Positions 53,949 through 63,815 of a DNA stretch of 64,000 nt are shown here, piece by piece. The notes beneath the pieces are model-generated. The model was not told where the DNA came from. It was given only the letters and a program-made list of their open reading frames with translations, and ran no database searches. The position numbers and the translations under genes were made by a program. The stretch is from Candidatus Flemingiibacterium sp. (lineage in GTDB: Bacteria > Bacillota > Clostridia > Oscillospirales > CAG-272), in NCBI GenBank assembly GCA_045578725.1, contig JAZNKS010000052.1, positions 8,640 to 72,639 of the forward strand, read 5' to 3'. Each line of letters starts with the position of its first letter. The first letter of the stretch is position 1.

Positions 53949-55112
53949 CTAAATCGAAATTATCTTAAAAAACTTGTGATACTTCTCTTCATTCCCGCAA
54001 ATGGGCTCCATCCCCGCATGGCTGCGCAGATGCTTGCACAGATCGGGATCCGCCATCAGACGGCACAGACCGGCGTAAATCCCATCCGCGCTGTTTTCGA
54101 CGATCCAGCCGGTCTCGCCGTGAGTCAGCTGTTCACGGATGCCGGAAACATCGGTGGCCAGCACCGGGCAGCCGAGGATTTTCGCTTCGACGGTGACGGT
54201 CGGGAAGCCTTCCCAGCCGGACGGAAGCACGAACAGATCGCAGTTCTTCATATATTTGTACGGGTTGTCCGTGATGCCGTCGAGGCAAACGCAGTCTTCA
54301 AGGCCGAGATCGCGGATCTTTTTTTCGATGGCATCCTGCTCGGCACCAGTTCCGAGGATGTGCCAGACAAATGCGAAGCCGTCCGCCTTCAGCCGAGCGA
54401 GGACATCCAGAAAGCGCAGATACTGCTTCTGTTCGGTCATCCGTCCGACCGACAGCATGGTGAATCGGCTGTCCTCATAGAAAAACGGCTCATCGCCTTG
54501 CCGGAGGATGGCTTCCGTATCGTAGAAATTGTAAATAACGTGCGTTTTGCCGGCCAGATGCGGATAGCGGGCCACAAAACGGTTCCTCGCGGCCTCGGCA
54601 ACGCAGATAATGGCATCCATTTTTTCATATTCCGGAATCTGCCGGTCGGTTTCCTCCGGGTGGGCCATGTTAGCCACATCAATGTGATACCATTGGATGT
54701 ATTTATGGGCATGGATGTGCCGGAGCAGAAAGGTGGGCGGTTCGGTTTCCAGATAATTGATCGCCGCATCGAAATGCCGGTCTGCGTAGCGCCTTGCAGC
54801 CAGCTTTTCGGCAAAGCGGCGGTAGCCGACAAGCTTACTGAAAGCCAGCTTTATGCATCCAAGCAGCTTTTGCCCGACAGAGGGGGCGGCCTTGATCTGT
54901 GACAGGGAGGCATAATACTTTTCGGTGTATTCGCGGCTGCAGATGGCGCCGAAGGTCACGCGGGGATCAAACTGCGGCTTCAGCAGGCCTTTTTCGTAGA
55001 GCTCGACGATCTCGACCTCATGCCCGCGCGAAACGAGATCATTGGCAAAGGAAACCAGCACCTTTTCCGCTCCTCCGAAGATCAGCTGGGGGATATAGAT
55101 GAGGAATGTCAT
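53949..55112 (-). CDS. GT4 (GT-B) glycosyltransferase
   Basis: I prefer the ATG at 55112, which overlaps the LicD stop (ATGA). MTFLIYIPQLIFGGAEKVLVSFANDL...; C-terminal ...PSGWEGFPTVTVEAKILGCPVLATD... Confidence 0.88.
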   Translation of the reverse strand: MTFLIYIPQLIFGGAEKVLVSFANDLVSRGHEVEIVELYEKGLLKPQFDPRVTFGAICSREYTEKYYASLSQIKAAPSVGQKLLGCIKLAFSKLVGYRRFAEKLAARRYADRHFDAAINYLETEPPTFLLRHIHAHKYIQWYHIDVANMAHPEETDRQIPEYEKMDAIICVAEAARNRFVARYPHLAGKTHVIYNFYDTEAILRQGDEPFFYEDSRFTMLSVGRMTEQKQYLRFLDVLARLKADGFAFVWHILGTGAEQDAIEKKIRDLGLEDCVCLDGITDNPYKYMKNCDLFVLPSGWEGFPTVTVEAKILGCPVLATDVSGIREQLTHGETGWIVENSADGIYAGLCRLMADPDLCKHLRSHAGMEPICGNEEKYHKFFKIISI

Positions 55113-55957
55113 AGCCCGATGCGCTCCATTACCCAAGGCTCGATCTCATAGCCCTTGACATCGTGCTTGGTGACACGCTTTTCTTCGGGATACGGTTCAT
55201 GCCAATGGGGGCCGTAGCGATGTACAAGGTCGGCTTCCGGATTGCCGATTGTCATGAATTCGGTGTCTTCAAATGGGACCATGATGGGATTTTCATGCCA
55301 GACGCGCTTGGTGACATCGGTTTCGTATCCGGAAACTCCGGTGTAGGGATTGCGCGTAAGCGTGTTGCACATGATTCCGACATCCTGTGTGGTCTTGCCG
55401 TCAAAACGGGTCAGAACGCTGTCCAGCTGCCGGCCCAGCCGTTCTTTGCCGAGCTTTGCATACAGCGCAATTGTGCATTTGCTTTTCCACGAAGTGGGAA
55501 TAACGGCACCGGATAGAACCGCGAGGGCCAGGTTGATGAATTCGATTTGCTTGCGCTGGATGGTTCGGTTGAATTTCTGATCGGGCAACGCGTGCAGAAC
55601 CGTGATATCAACAAAGACCGGACTCCTGCTGCCGTCATGATACCGGATAACCGCACCGTTAATTTGCAGTTTTGACATTTTGCTGTACCATTCCGGTGTG
55701 TTTTCGAATGTCATCATGCGGTACCGGTCGGAATAATCCCGGGCGATGATTTCACACAGAATTTGATAATCCCCGGGGAACATGACAACATCCACATCAT
55801 CGTCCCACGGAATAAATCCGCCATGATTCATGGCACCGAGAAGGGTGCCGGCATACAGATAATATTTCAGCCCGTTTTCGCGGCAGATTTTGTCGATATC
55901 CTTCATGGCGGAGAGCAGCACCTTATGCAGCAGCTCGTTTCCGTATTCGTTGGTCAT
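55109..55957 (-). CDS. LicD-family phosphotransferase (phosphocholine / polyol-phosphate transfer)
   Basis: I prefer the ATG at 55957, which follows AGAGGAGCAGGAG. ...YYLYAGTLLGAMNHGGFIPWDDDVDVVM... is the LicD core. Confidence 0.85.
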   Translation of the reverse strand: MTNEYGNELLHKVLLSAMKDIDKICRENGLKYYLYAGTLLGAMNHGGFIPWDDDVDVVMFPGDYQILCEIIARDYSDRYRMMTFENTPEWYSKMSKLQINGAVIRYHDGSRSPVFVDITVLHALPDQKFNRTIQRKQIEFINLALAVLSGAVIPTSWKSKCTIALYAKLGKERLGRQLDSVLTRFDGKTTQDVGIMCNTLTRNPYTGVSGYETDVTKRVWHENPIMVPFEDTEFMTIGNPEADLVHRYGPHWHEPYPEEKRVTKHDVKGYEIEPWVMERIGL

Positions 55958-56937
55958 GGGGTTCTCCTGCTCCTCTTTATTCTGATAAATGTGCGGTATA
56001 CTGCGAATGGAAGTGAACAAAGCATCCGCATTCGGATTCTATCTGACCGGAATGAGAAGTTGATTTTGCTGAACATCTCTTTATTTTGCTTCAATTCTGC
56101 AATCAAGGCAATTCTTTCCGCCGTATAATCTTCATCTGCCAGCGCGATCTCGGTCAGGGTCCACAGGATGGCTCCGCGATACCGCGCGGCAGCCGCATCG
56201 GTCAGCGCGGGATGATGCTCCCGGATCCATGCAAGATTGTCCCGACAATGGCGGTACCACGCGAACTTTTTTGGTGAAAAGGCGGTTGTGGTGATGCTGG
56301 ATGCTCGATGAATGTAGTGATAGAATACTTCGTTTGTATATACCACCGTTTGGCATTGGTTAAGAAGCTGGAGAACGATTGCCTCATCCTCGTTTATTTC
56401 GCCTACAGGAAAGCGGACCGTATCAAACAGAGAAGACCGGTAAATTTTATCCCAAGCAGACCATGAAGAAGAAAAGTACCGACACATCGCTTCCTCGCAG
56501 CCGCAGGAAACGGTTTCAATCTGTCCCCGAAAGGTGGACTTGATAATTTTCGTTTCTTCGCCGATTAGCTGTTCATCATTGACTCCGCCGACGGCAATCT
56601 GCGCATCATACTCGATTGCAAGGGACAACAGCTTTTCAAACATGATCGCTTCGATCCAGTCATCGCTGTCTATGAAGGCAATCCAGTCGCCGGAGGCAGC
56701 ATCTATGCCCGCATTCCTTGCATCGGACAGTCCACCGTTCGTCTTATGGATTACACGAACGCGGGCGTCTGCCTTTGCATACTCATCGCAAATAGCCGGA
56801 CAACCATCCGGTGAACCGTCATCGACAAGGATGAGCTCAAGGTTTGAATAAGTCTGTGCCAGAATTGAGTCTACACAGCGGCGCAGATACGGTTCTACTT
56901 TGTAAACGGGGACGATGACGGAGATTTTTTCACTCAT
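55954..56937 (-). CDS. GT2 glycosyltransferase
   Basis: MSEKISVIVPVYKVEPYLRRCVDSILAQTYSNLELILVDDGSPDGC...FIDSDDW. Confidence 0.9.
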   Translation of the reverse strand: MSEKISVIVPVYKVEPYLRRCVDSILAQTYSNLELILVDDGSPDGCPAICDEYAKADARVRVIHKTNGGLSDARNAGIDAASGDWIAFIDSDDWIEAIMFEKLLSLAIEYDAQIAVGGVNDEQLIGEETKIIKSTFRGQIETVSCGCEEAMCRYFSSSWSAWDKIYRSSLFDTVRFPVGEINEDEAIVLQLLNQCQTVVYTNEVFYHYIHRASSITTTAFSPKKFAWYRHCRDNLAWIREHHPALTDAAAARYRGAILWTLTEIALADEDYTAERIALIAELKQNKEMFSKINFSFRSDRIRMRMLCSLPFAVYRTFIRIKRSRRTP

Positions 56938-56939
56938 AA

Positions 56940-58088
56940 TTACACCAGAATCTGTTCAAAATCGAAAAGTGCTTGTTCAAAAGAGATCTTTTCCTGTACC
57001 TCGGGGATGGCCTTCCGATACTGCGCAAGCAGCTCAGGATGGGACAGAATGTCGGATAAACCTTGATAGATTCCATCGGTTGAATTTTCGACGATCATTC
57101 CGTATTTACCTCTATCCAACCACTCACCGACACCACTGCAGTCGGTTGCTACCACAGGGGTACCGACGATCAGACTCTCACCTACTACCAATGGATAGGC
57201 TTCATCTCTTGATGTGAGCAGGAACAGATCAGTCTGTTTCAGATAAACATACGGATTGGACTGATAACCAACCAATTCCACATGATCGGAGAGCTGAAAC
57301 TGGTGGATCGTGCTTTGCAGACAATCCTTTAGGGGACCGTCACCGATAATATGGATTCTATAGTTGCTGATTCCAGCATCTGACAGCCGTTTGCAAGCCG
57401 CAAGTAAACGGTCAAATCCCTTTTGCTCGACCAAGCGGCCGATGCAGACAATACGGATGCCGGAAAAGGCCGGAAGTACAAGCGGTTCATTGGATTTTTT
57501 TATGATTTCCTTTACGGGGAGCGGGTTACGAACTACCGTATAAGGATAGTTACTGCCGAATTTCTTCTTGAACTTATCGGCACAAGCTTGTGAAACCGGC
57601 GCAATCAAATCAAATTTCTCATAAATCGCCCTTGCTGTTTCTGCATTTCGGAATTCTTTCAGCTTGGATCCGCGTTCGACAACATCCATATGCACCCAAC
57701 AGATTTTTTTTGCTTTTTTATTTGTGCTTCCCGAAATAACTTTGGCGGCACCGCCGTCCGAGGCGGCAATCTCTACATCATATTTACCTCTGACAAACAG
57801 GCGGTATAGTATCCTCGGCGGAAGATATTCGATCAACCGGATAATCCCACGCACATATCGCTTGAAAAAGAAAGGGATAACTCTGACATTTTCATTAACA
57901 AGTGATTGACAATGACCGCCGTACCAGAAAGTCTGGACAGTGATGTCATATTTTTCAGGGTTAAGATTGTTGACAATATCAAGCGTAACCTTCTCGATGC
58001 CGCCTTTGTTGAAGGCTTCAAGAAGAAACAACACTTTTTTCTTCAAAGGCTTTGTATCAGCTGCTCCCATTCTGTCAGAATCCTCCAT
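56940..58088 (-). CDS. GT4 glycosyltransferase
   Basis: ...KKVLFLLEAFNKGGIEKVTLDIVN...; C-terminal ...TSRDEAYPLVVGESLIVGTPVVATD... A start at ATG 58070 (after GGAGGA) is also possible. Overlaps the upstream gene. Confidence 0.85.
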   Translation of the reverse strand: MEDSDRMGAADTKPLKKKVLFLLEAFNKGGIEKVTLDIVNNLNPEKYDITVQTFWYGGHCQSLVNENVRVIPFFFKRYVRGIIRLIEYLPPRILYRLFVRGKYDVEIAASDGGAAKVISGSTNKKAKKICWVHMDVVERGSKLKEFRNAETARAIYEKFDLIAPVSQACADKFKKKFGSNYPYTVVRNPLPVKEIIKKSNEPLVLPAFSGIRIVCIGRLVEQKGFDRLLAACKRLSDAGISNYRIHIIGDGPLKDCLQSTIHQFQLSDHVELVGYQSNPYVYLKQTDLFLLTSRDEAYPLVVGESLIVGTPVVATDCSGVGEWLDRGKYGMIVENSTDGIYQGLSDILSHPELLAQYRKAIPEVQEKISFEQALFDFEQILV

Positions 58089-59092
58089 TCATCAAATCTC
58101 TCCATGTCAAGGACGGTGTTTTTTGAAAAATCTTCGCGGAGCGCACGGTCTTCGATCAGACGGCAGATCCGCCCGGCCATAGCATCTGTATCGCCCGGGA
58201 CAACGAGATAGCCGTTCACGCCGTCGCGGACGATATCGCTCGGCCCGGTTTCGATGTCAAAGCTGACAATCGGCAGGCTGTGCGATTTCGCTTCCAGCAG
58301 AACCATCGGCAGGCCTTCCATTCCGGATGTGAGGACATACAGGGCCGCCTTGGCATATTCGGCATCCATATCGCTTACCGCTCCGGCAAAAAGGATATGA
58401 TCCTGCAGTCCGGCATCCCGGACCGCTTGCTCCAGCTTCGCCCGTTCGGGGCCGTCACCGCAGATCACCCAGCGCCAATCCGGATGGCGGGCGAACACGG
58501 TCTTCCCGATCGGGACAGCCAGATCGAACCGCTTGATTTTTCCGAGCAGGCCGGCTGACAGGATCGTTTTGGACGCAATGTCATAACGGCCGGCCACGCG
58601 GCGGGCGGGATTGGCGATAACGGTGACGGGGGCGCACCGTGCGATATTGCTTTCGTAATTCTTCCTGTCGCGCTCGGTCAGAACGACCATCGCGCGGCTG
58701 TGGCGGGCGGCGAAGCGGCGCAGATGGGGAAACACCCGCGAATCCCAGTTGTTGAAGAAATTGGAATGCTCCCAGGTGATGACCTTGGCGCGGGTGCCGA
58801 ATGATGCAAGGATTCCGATATAGCCCATGCCGGTATCGACATTGATGATGGTATCGACGGCATTCTCCCGGATGAAGCGGTGGATCTCGCGAATCTGCGC
58901 GGCGGTTTTGGTCGAAGCAAGGACTGTATGGTGCACGTCTTCAGCGAGAGGGAAGGGAATATGGCTGTTATCAAGCCGCAGGCTGAGGACGGACACGCGG
59001 TGGTTTTGTGACAGCGCGGATGCCAGCCAGGCACACATACGCTCGGTGCCGCCGCGCCGTGACAGATCGCCTTCAAGAAACAGAATGTTCAT
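58043..59092 (-). CDS. GT4 glycosyltransferase
   Basis: MNILFLEGDLSRRGGTERMCAWLASAL...; ...TSGMEGLPMVLLEAKSHSLPIVSFD... Confidence 0.88.
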   Translation of the reverse strand: MNILFLEGDLSRRGGTERMCAWLASALSQNHRVSVLSLRLDNSHIPFPLAEDVHHTVLASTKTAAQIREIHRFIRENAVDTIINVDTGMGYIGILASFGTRAKVITWEHSNFFNNWDSRVFPHLRRFAARHSRAMVVLTERDRKNYESNIARCAPVTVIANPARRVAGRYDIASKTILSAGLLGKIKRFDLAVPIGKTVFARHPDWRWVICGDGPERAKLEQAVRDAGLQDHILFAGAVSDMDAEYAKAALYVLTSGMEGLPMVLLEAKSHSLPIVSFDIETGPSDIVRDGVNGYLVVPGDTDAMAGRICRLIEDRALREDFSKNTVLDMERFDEWRILTEWEQLIQSL

Positions 59093-60204
59093 AGATCCTC
59101 CAGCATCTCTTCAACCGCGCGAACGGTCTTTTCCCTGCTGAAATCCCTTCCGCGCACGGCTGCCATTTTGCGGTAGTGTGCAAGCATTTGGGGATCGGAC
59201 AGCATCTGCTTCATGCCCGCATAGATGCCTTCCTCGCTGTTTTCGACCACGATGCCAAACTCGTTGTTCCAGCCGAGCAGCTCGCGCGCGCCGGAGCAGT
59301 CGGTGCTGACAACGGGCGTTCCCACGATCAGCGCCTCGGTGACCGCGGTCGAAAAGCCTTCGCGGCGCGAGGAGCAGACATACAGATCGCACCGTGATAC
59401 ATATTGGTACGGATTGGCCCGGAAGCCGAGCAGGATGAAGGAATTCTCCACCCCGTATTCGCGGATCTTCCGGCGGAGGGCTTCCTCCTCACCGCCGATG
59501 CCGAGGATGTATACCTTATGCGGCAGGCCCTCATCCATCAGCCGCCTGTGGACATTCAGCAGGCGATCAAAGCCCTTGGCGGGCATCAGCTTGGCGACGG
59601 AGCAGATCCGGATCCCTTCCTCAATGAAGGCGGGATCATCGATCGGCTGTCCGGCTTTTTCGATGATCTGACCGGTTTCATTGGTATTATAAAGCACGTC
59701 GATCGGCACCGATACCGCCAGGGATTGCAGAAAGCGATCCTTGACCGATCCGGCCACCGCAATCAGCCTGTCAAAGGTGTTGTACAGCTTCAGAGCTTCG
59801 GTGGGGGAACGGAAGCCGATGGCCGCCTGCTTTGGCGTGTTCAGCTCGATGTGCAGCCACGCGATCTTTTTCTTTTCCGGATCGGGACAGCCGGCGAGGA
59901 TACGCGAGGTCGGCCCCTCCAGATAGGAGATCAGAACATCGTAATCCTCCCGGATCCAGAACCGGTACAGAAGCCGGGGCGAAAACAGCTTCATCAGCGT
60001 GGTTGTGCCGCGGATATGCTTTTTATAGCCCGGTATATAATGAACGTGCGCCTGCAGATACGGCCGGTTGACACCGACATCGAACAGGGTCTGCACGGTC
60101 ACATCGTATTTGGCGGGATCGAGATTGTTGGCGAGATTGACAAGCACCCGCTCTGCGCCGCCGTGCGCCAGATTGGGGATGAGAAAGAGCAGCTTTTTCT
60201 TCAT
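59089..60204 (-). CDS. GT4 glycosyltransferase
   Basis: MKKKLLFLIPNLAHGGAERVLVNLANNL...; ...SSRREGFSTAVTEALIVGTPVVSTD... Confidence 0.88.
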   Translation of the reverse strand: MKKKLLFLIPNLAHGGAERVLVNLANNLDPAKYDVTVQTLFDVGVNRPYLQAHVHYIPGYKKHIRGTTTLMKLFSPRLLYRFWIREDYDVLISYLEGPTSRILAGCPDPEKKKIAWLHIELNTPKQAAIGFRSPTEALKLYNTFDRLIAVAGSVKDRFLQSLAVSVPIDVLYNTNETGQIIEKAGQPIDDPAFIEEGIRICSVAKLMPAKGFDRLLNVHRRLMDEGLPHKVYILGIGGEEEALRRKIREYGVENSFILLGFRANPYQYVSRCDLYVCSSRREGFSTAVTEALIVGTPVVSTDCSGARELLGWNNEFGIVVENSEEGIYAGMKQMLSDPQMLAHYRKMAAVRGRDFSREKTVRAVEEMLEDL

Positions 60205-60213
60205 GGCGGATCC

Positions 60214-61329
60214 TTAAAACAACGTCTGGATGTAGTCGAAGAAATTCATATGTGCATAGCCGTAATCGAACGGCCGGATGACAGCATTTTCATAGATGAA
60301 ATAGCCGAGATAGCCGGCGATGCAGATCATGGTCAGAATCCGGCGCTGGGACGGCTTCCATCGCCGCAGGAGCACGGGAATGGTGATGATCTGGCCGGGA
60401 AGAAAATAATTGGCCAGACGGGCAAAATAGTTCGCGGTTCCGAACAGGCCGACAAACATGATCAGCGCGTTCAGCATGGCCAGATTGAACATCAGGCTAT
60501 CCGTTTTGGTGAAGTACAGGAAGGTTTTCCGCCCGCCCGCGGCCGCAAGCAGCAGAGGCGCAAAGGCAACGATAACGCGGAAAATATTGACACCCTCACC
60601 CACGAAGGAGGTTTCATCGTAGTTGGCACCCATCATATCGGTGATATCAAGAACAACGCCAAGCAGGCTTTCCAGCAGGAAGCCGATGACGATGAAGATG
60701 GCCATGTAGAGAAAGGTTCGCTTAGTCCAGGGCCGGAACATCATCAGCGGCACCAGCAGGTAAACCATCGAATAGGGATGGAACATCGAGGCGAGCAGGA
60801 TAAGGAGCAGGAAGCGGATCCATTTTTTATCCAGCGCCGCCGCAACGGCCAGCAGACAGAAGGCGGTCGCCATGCATTGCTTGATGGCCGCCAGCGTGAA
60901 GGTATAGAAGCCGGTGGTGAACATCAGGAATACGCCGAAGACCATCGAAAGGGAATAGCGCCGGACGAACCAGACATAGGGAATGATCGTCGCGAAGGCA
61001 AAGAAGAGGAGGAAATTCTGCGCTGAAACGCCTAAAGTTTTCAGCAGACTGTTCAGGAAGGTAAAGCCGATGCCTTCGGCGAAGGACGGCAGTTCTTTGG
61101 CGAAGAAGCCATTCAGATCCGGAGTCAGATAGATATAAATATCGCGATAAGTTGCCGTATCATTGCCCCATATGCGAAGACCGCAGAAAAATACCAGAAT
61201 CACCGTCAGCAGGAAGGTGAAAAGAATATCTTTTTTCTGCGATCCTACGGCGGCGAAACGCTTATCCCGGTAATCGACAATCAAGGCGATCAGAAGGGAT
61301 AAGGCAAGAATAATCCATAATTTTGTCAC
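60214..61329 (-). CDS. EpsG-family membrane protein (Wzy-like polysaccharide polymerase)
   Basis: About 11 TM helices. ...FFCGLRIWGNDTATYRDIY... is the EpsG-type opening. I favour GTG 61329, which is 9 nt after GGAGG, because the listed start overlaps the upstream GT2 gene. Confidence 0.7.
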   Translation of the reverse strand: MTKLWIILALSLLIALIVDYRDKRFAAVGSQKKDILFTFLLTVILVFFCGLRIWGNDTATYRDIYIYLTPDLNGFFAKELPSFAEGIGFTFLNSLLKTLGVSAQNFLLFFAFATIIPYVWFVRRYSLSMVFGVFLMFTTGFYTFTLAAIKQCMATAFCLLAVAAALDKKWIRFLLLILLASMFHPYSMVYLLVPLMMFRPWTKRTFLYMAIFIVIGFLLESLLGVVLDITDMMGANYDETSFVGEGVNIFRVIVAFAPLLLAAAGGRKTFLYFTKTDSLMFNLAMLNALIMFVGLFGTANYFARLANYFLPGQIITIPVLLRRWKPSQRRILTMICIAGYLGYFIYENAVIRPFDYGYAHMNFFDYIQTLF

Positions 61330-61373
61330 GCTGTTTTGCCTCCGGATGAGCCCGCCGTGCACAGCGAATTCCG

Positions 61374-62192
61374 TTAACGGGACGGCTTGGCTCCGAGTTT
61401 TTTTCGGTGTAAATAAGAGTATAGCGGTTGGGGCAGCAAGCCCACGATAATCGGACGAAGCATATACAGATACTTCCATTTTGAAAGCTGCAGTGTTTTC
61501 ACTGCGGTTTTTACCATGTATGCTTCGTTCAGACGGTAGCGGAATCTGCGCCGCGCGGCCGCCTCGCGGTCATCGCGCATTTTATAGAGCGGCTCGGACA
61601 GATTTCTGCCCTGATAGCCGCGTGCGTAAATTTTCAGCCAGAGATGCCAGTCCTCCACGCGCAGGAGGCGCTTATCGACGGTATAACCGCCGACCTCGCG
61701 CATGACCTCGGCGCGGATCATACAGGGAGCATGGCAATGTACAGGTCCATGAACCAGCATGGCTTTGTCCGGGTATTCGGTGCAGGTGCTGCGGCTGGCG
61801 AAATCGCCGTTCTCGTCAAAGCGGATCATGGGTGTGCTGACAACGGCGATATGCGGATCCGCATCAAGTGCGTTTCTCTCGGCTTCCAAACGGGTGGGGA
61901 GCGAGATGTCATCACCGTCCATGCGGGCAATATAGCGGCCGGAAGCATGGGAAAGACAGCGGTTCAGGGTGTAATTCAGCCCCATGTTCTGCTCATTGCG
62001 GAGCAGAATAATCTTGCCGGGATAACGCGCCCGGTAAGCTTCGGCGGTGAGATAGGTATCATCCGAAGAGCCGTCATCGCAGAGGATCAGCTCCCAATCG
62101 GAAACGGTTTGGGCAAGGATGGAATCGATCGCTTCCGGCAAGGTGGAAGCGCAGTTGCAGATTCCCATAATGACGGAAATTTCAGCACTCAT
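61374..62192 (-). CDS. GT2 glycosyltransferase
   Basis: MSAEISVIMGICNCASTLPEAIDSILAQTVSDWELILCDDGSSDDT...ARMDGDD. Confidence 0.88.
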   Translation of the reverse strand: MSAEISVIMGICNCASTLPEAIDSILAQTVSDWELILCDDGSSDDTYLTAEAYRARYPGKIILLRNEQNMGLNYTLNRCLSHASGRYIARMDGDDISLPTRLEAERNALDADPHIAVVSTPMIRFDENGDFASRSTCTEYPDKAMLVHGPVHCHAPCMIRAEVMREVGGYTVDKRLLRVEDWHLWLKIYARGYQGRNLSEPLYKMRDDREAAARRRFRYRLNEAYMVKTAVKTLQLSKWKYLYMLRPIIVGLLPQPLYSYLHRKKLGAKPSR

Positions 62193-62700
62193 GGTTGTTC
62201 TCTCTGATAATCATTCGGTTTTCGCCGCAGACTACCGTGGCTCCGTCCGGAACATCCTTTATTACCACACAGCCGGCTCCGATCCGGACATTGCTGCCAA
62301 TGCGGATTCCGCCGATGATTCTTGCGCCGGCACCGATCAGGACATTGTCGCCGATTATGGGTGCACCGCCGTTGCCCTCACCGATTGTAACCTGGTGGAA
62401 GATGGTACAGCCGCGGCCGATGACCGCATTGTGGGATACAATAATGCCATTGAGTCCGTGCGGCAGATGAGGCGGTTCCGCAAAGGCGGCACCGAAGCTG
62501 CGGTGGGTTCCCATGGAAGCATTGTTGAAGGCATCGGCGCGCTTGATATAGAAAAGGCGAAACAGGTCGCCAAGGCGGGAGCCTTTCTGCGGATCAACAA
62601 CGACCGCGCGGTATTTCCAGTATTTTTTGTGATTATAGCGCTGGATCAGGGAGCGCATCCGCTCTTCCGTGCGGGTAAGCTTCACATCGCGGTTCATCAT
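62182..62700 (-). CDS. Hexapeptide-repeat (left-handed beta-helix) O-acetyltransferase, serine-acetyltransferase-like
   Basis: 172 aa. ...GIIVSHNAVIGRGCTIFHQVTIGEGNGGAPIIGDNVLIGAGARIIGGIRIGSNVRIGAGCVVIKDVP... Confidence 0.85.
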   Translation of the reverse strand: MMNRDVKLTRTEERMRSLIQRYNHKKYWKYRAVVVDPQKGSRLGDLFRLFYIKRADAFNNASMGTHRSFGAAFAEPPHLPHGLNGIIVSHNAVIGRGCTIFHQVTIGEGNGGAPIIGDNVLIGAGARIIGGIRIGSNVRIGAGCVVIKDVPDGATVVCGENRMIIRENNHEC

Positions 62701-63815
62701 ATTCCAAGCCCCTTCATCGTTTCTTCAACGACAATTTTCTTATCAAACATTGTTTCCATGAGCGCGCGGCCGGCAAGACCCATTGCGGCGCGCTCGCTCT
62801 GCGGCAGCGTGCAGAATCGCTTCATGGCCGCATAGAGGCTGTCGGGATCCTGCGGCTCGCACAGATAGCCGTTCACGCCGTCATCGACCGCTTCCATACA
62901 GCCGTGGATGCGGCTGGTGATCAGCGGGCGGGCACAGGCGGCACCCTCCAAAAGGACATTGGACATTCCCTCGTGATAACTCGGCAGGACAACGGCGTGG
63001 GCCGCTTCATAATATGGCTTCACGTCGGTCTGATAGCCGTGGAAGCAGAGGATTCCCTCCTTTTGCAGGGCTTCGATCTTCTGTTGATACGATTCCTCAA
63101 ACAGGCCGACCACATCGAGAATCACGCTGTCATACTCCGCTTTCAGCCGTGTCATCGCATCAAACAGCTCATCCACGCCCTTTTCCTTCATGATACGCCC
63201 GACAAACAGAAAGCGGATCGGCGCCGTGTCGGGATAGGGAAGGGGGCGGTACTCATCGGTATCGATGCCGGCTCCCATCAGAAGGCGGGTCTGCTCCGAC
63301 CGGACGGTACCGGCTTCCAGCAGGACATCGCGGTTGCCTTCATTTTCAAAGAAGACGGTCCGGGCTTTCTTTAAGCCGATCCGATACATGGCCAGAACCA
63401 GCCGCTTCAGCATTCCGCCGCCTTCGATGGCCGATCCGAGGCCGGTGATATTGGCCGCGAACGGAATTTTTGCCATGCGGCAGGCAAAGCCGCCGTAGAC
63501 ATTGGGCTTGATGGTATAGCCGATCACCAGATCGGGCTGGATTTTCTTCAGAATCCGGCGATACTGCCGGTACAGGCTGATATCCCGCAGGGGATTCATG
63601 CCCCGGCGCTCCAGCGCGGTTTCGATATAGCGGCAGCCGAGCGCTTCCAGATCCGGGATGAATTCACCGCGCGGCAGGGCGATATACACCTCGTGCCCGC
63701 GCGCGATCAGACCGGACAGCAGGGCCTTGCGGAACTTATAGAGCCCCATATCAAAATTGGCGAGGACGAGGATTCGTTTATTTTTTACGGGCCGGGATTC
63801 CGACATACACACCAC
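62697..63815 (-). CDS. GT4 glycosyltransferase
   Basis: ...KRILVLANFDMGLYKFRKALLSGLIARGHEVYIA...; ...PSYHEGMSNVLLEGAACARPLITSR... The internal ATG at 63806 (MSESRP) is also plausible. Confidence 0.88.
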   Translation of the reverse strand: MVCMSESRPVKNKRILVLANFDMGLYKFRKALLSGLIARGHEVYIALPRGEFIPDLEALGCRYIETALERRGMNPLRDISLYRQYRRILKKIQPDLVIGYTIKPNVYGGFACRMAKIPFAANITGLGSAIEGGGMLKRLVLAMYRIGLKKARTVFFENEGNRDVLLEAGTVRSEQTRLLMGAGIDTDEYRPLPYPDTAPIRFLFVGRIMKEKGVDELFDAMTRLKAEYDSVILDVVGLFEESYQQKIEALQKEGILCFHGYQTDVKPYYEAAHAVVLPSYHEGMSNVLLEGAACARPLITSRIHGCMEAVDDGVNGYLCEPQDPDSLYAAMKRFCTLPQSERAAMGLAGRALMETMFDKKIVVEETMKGLGI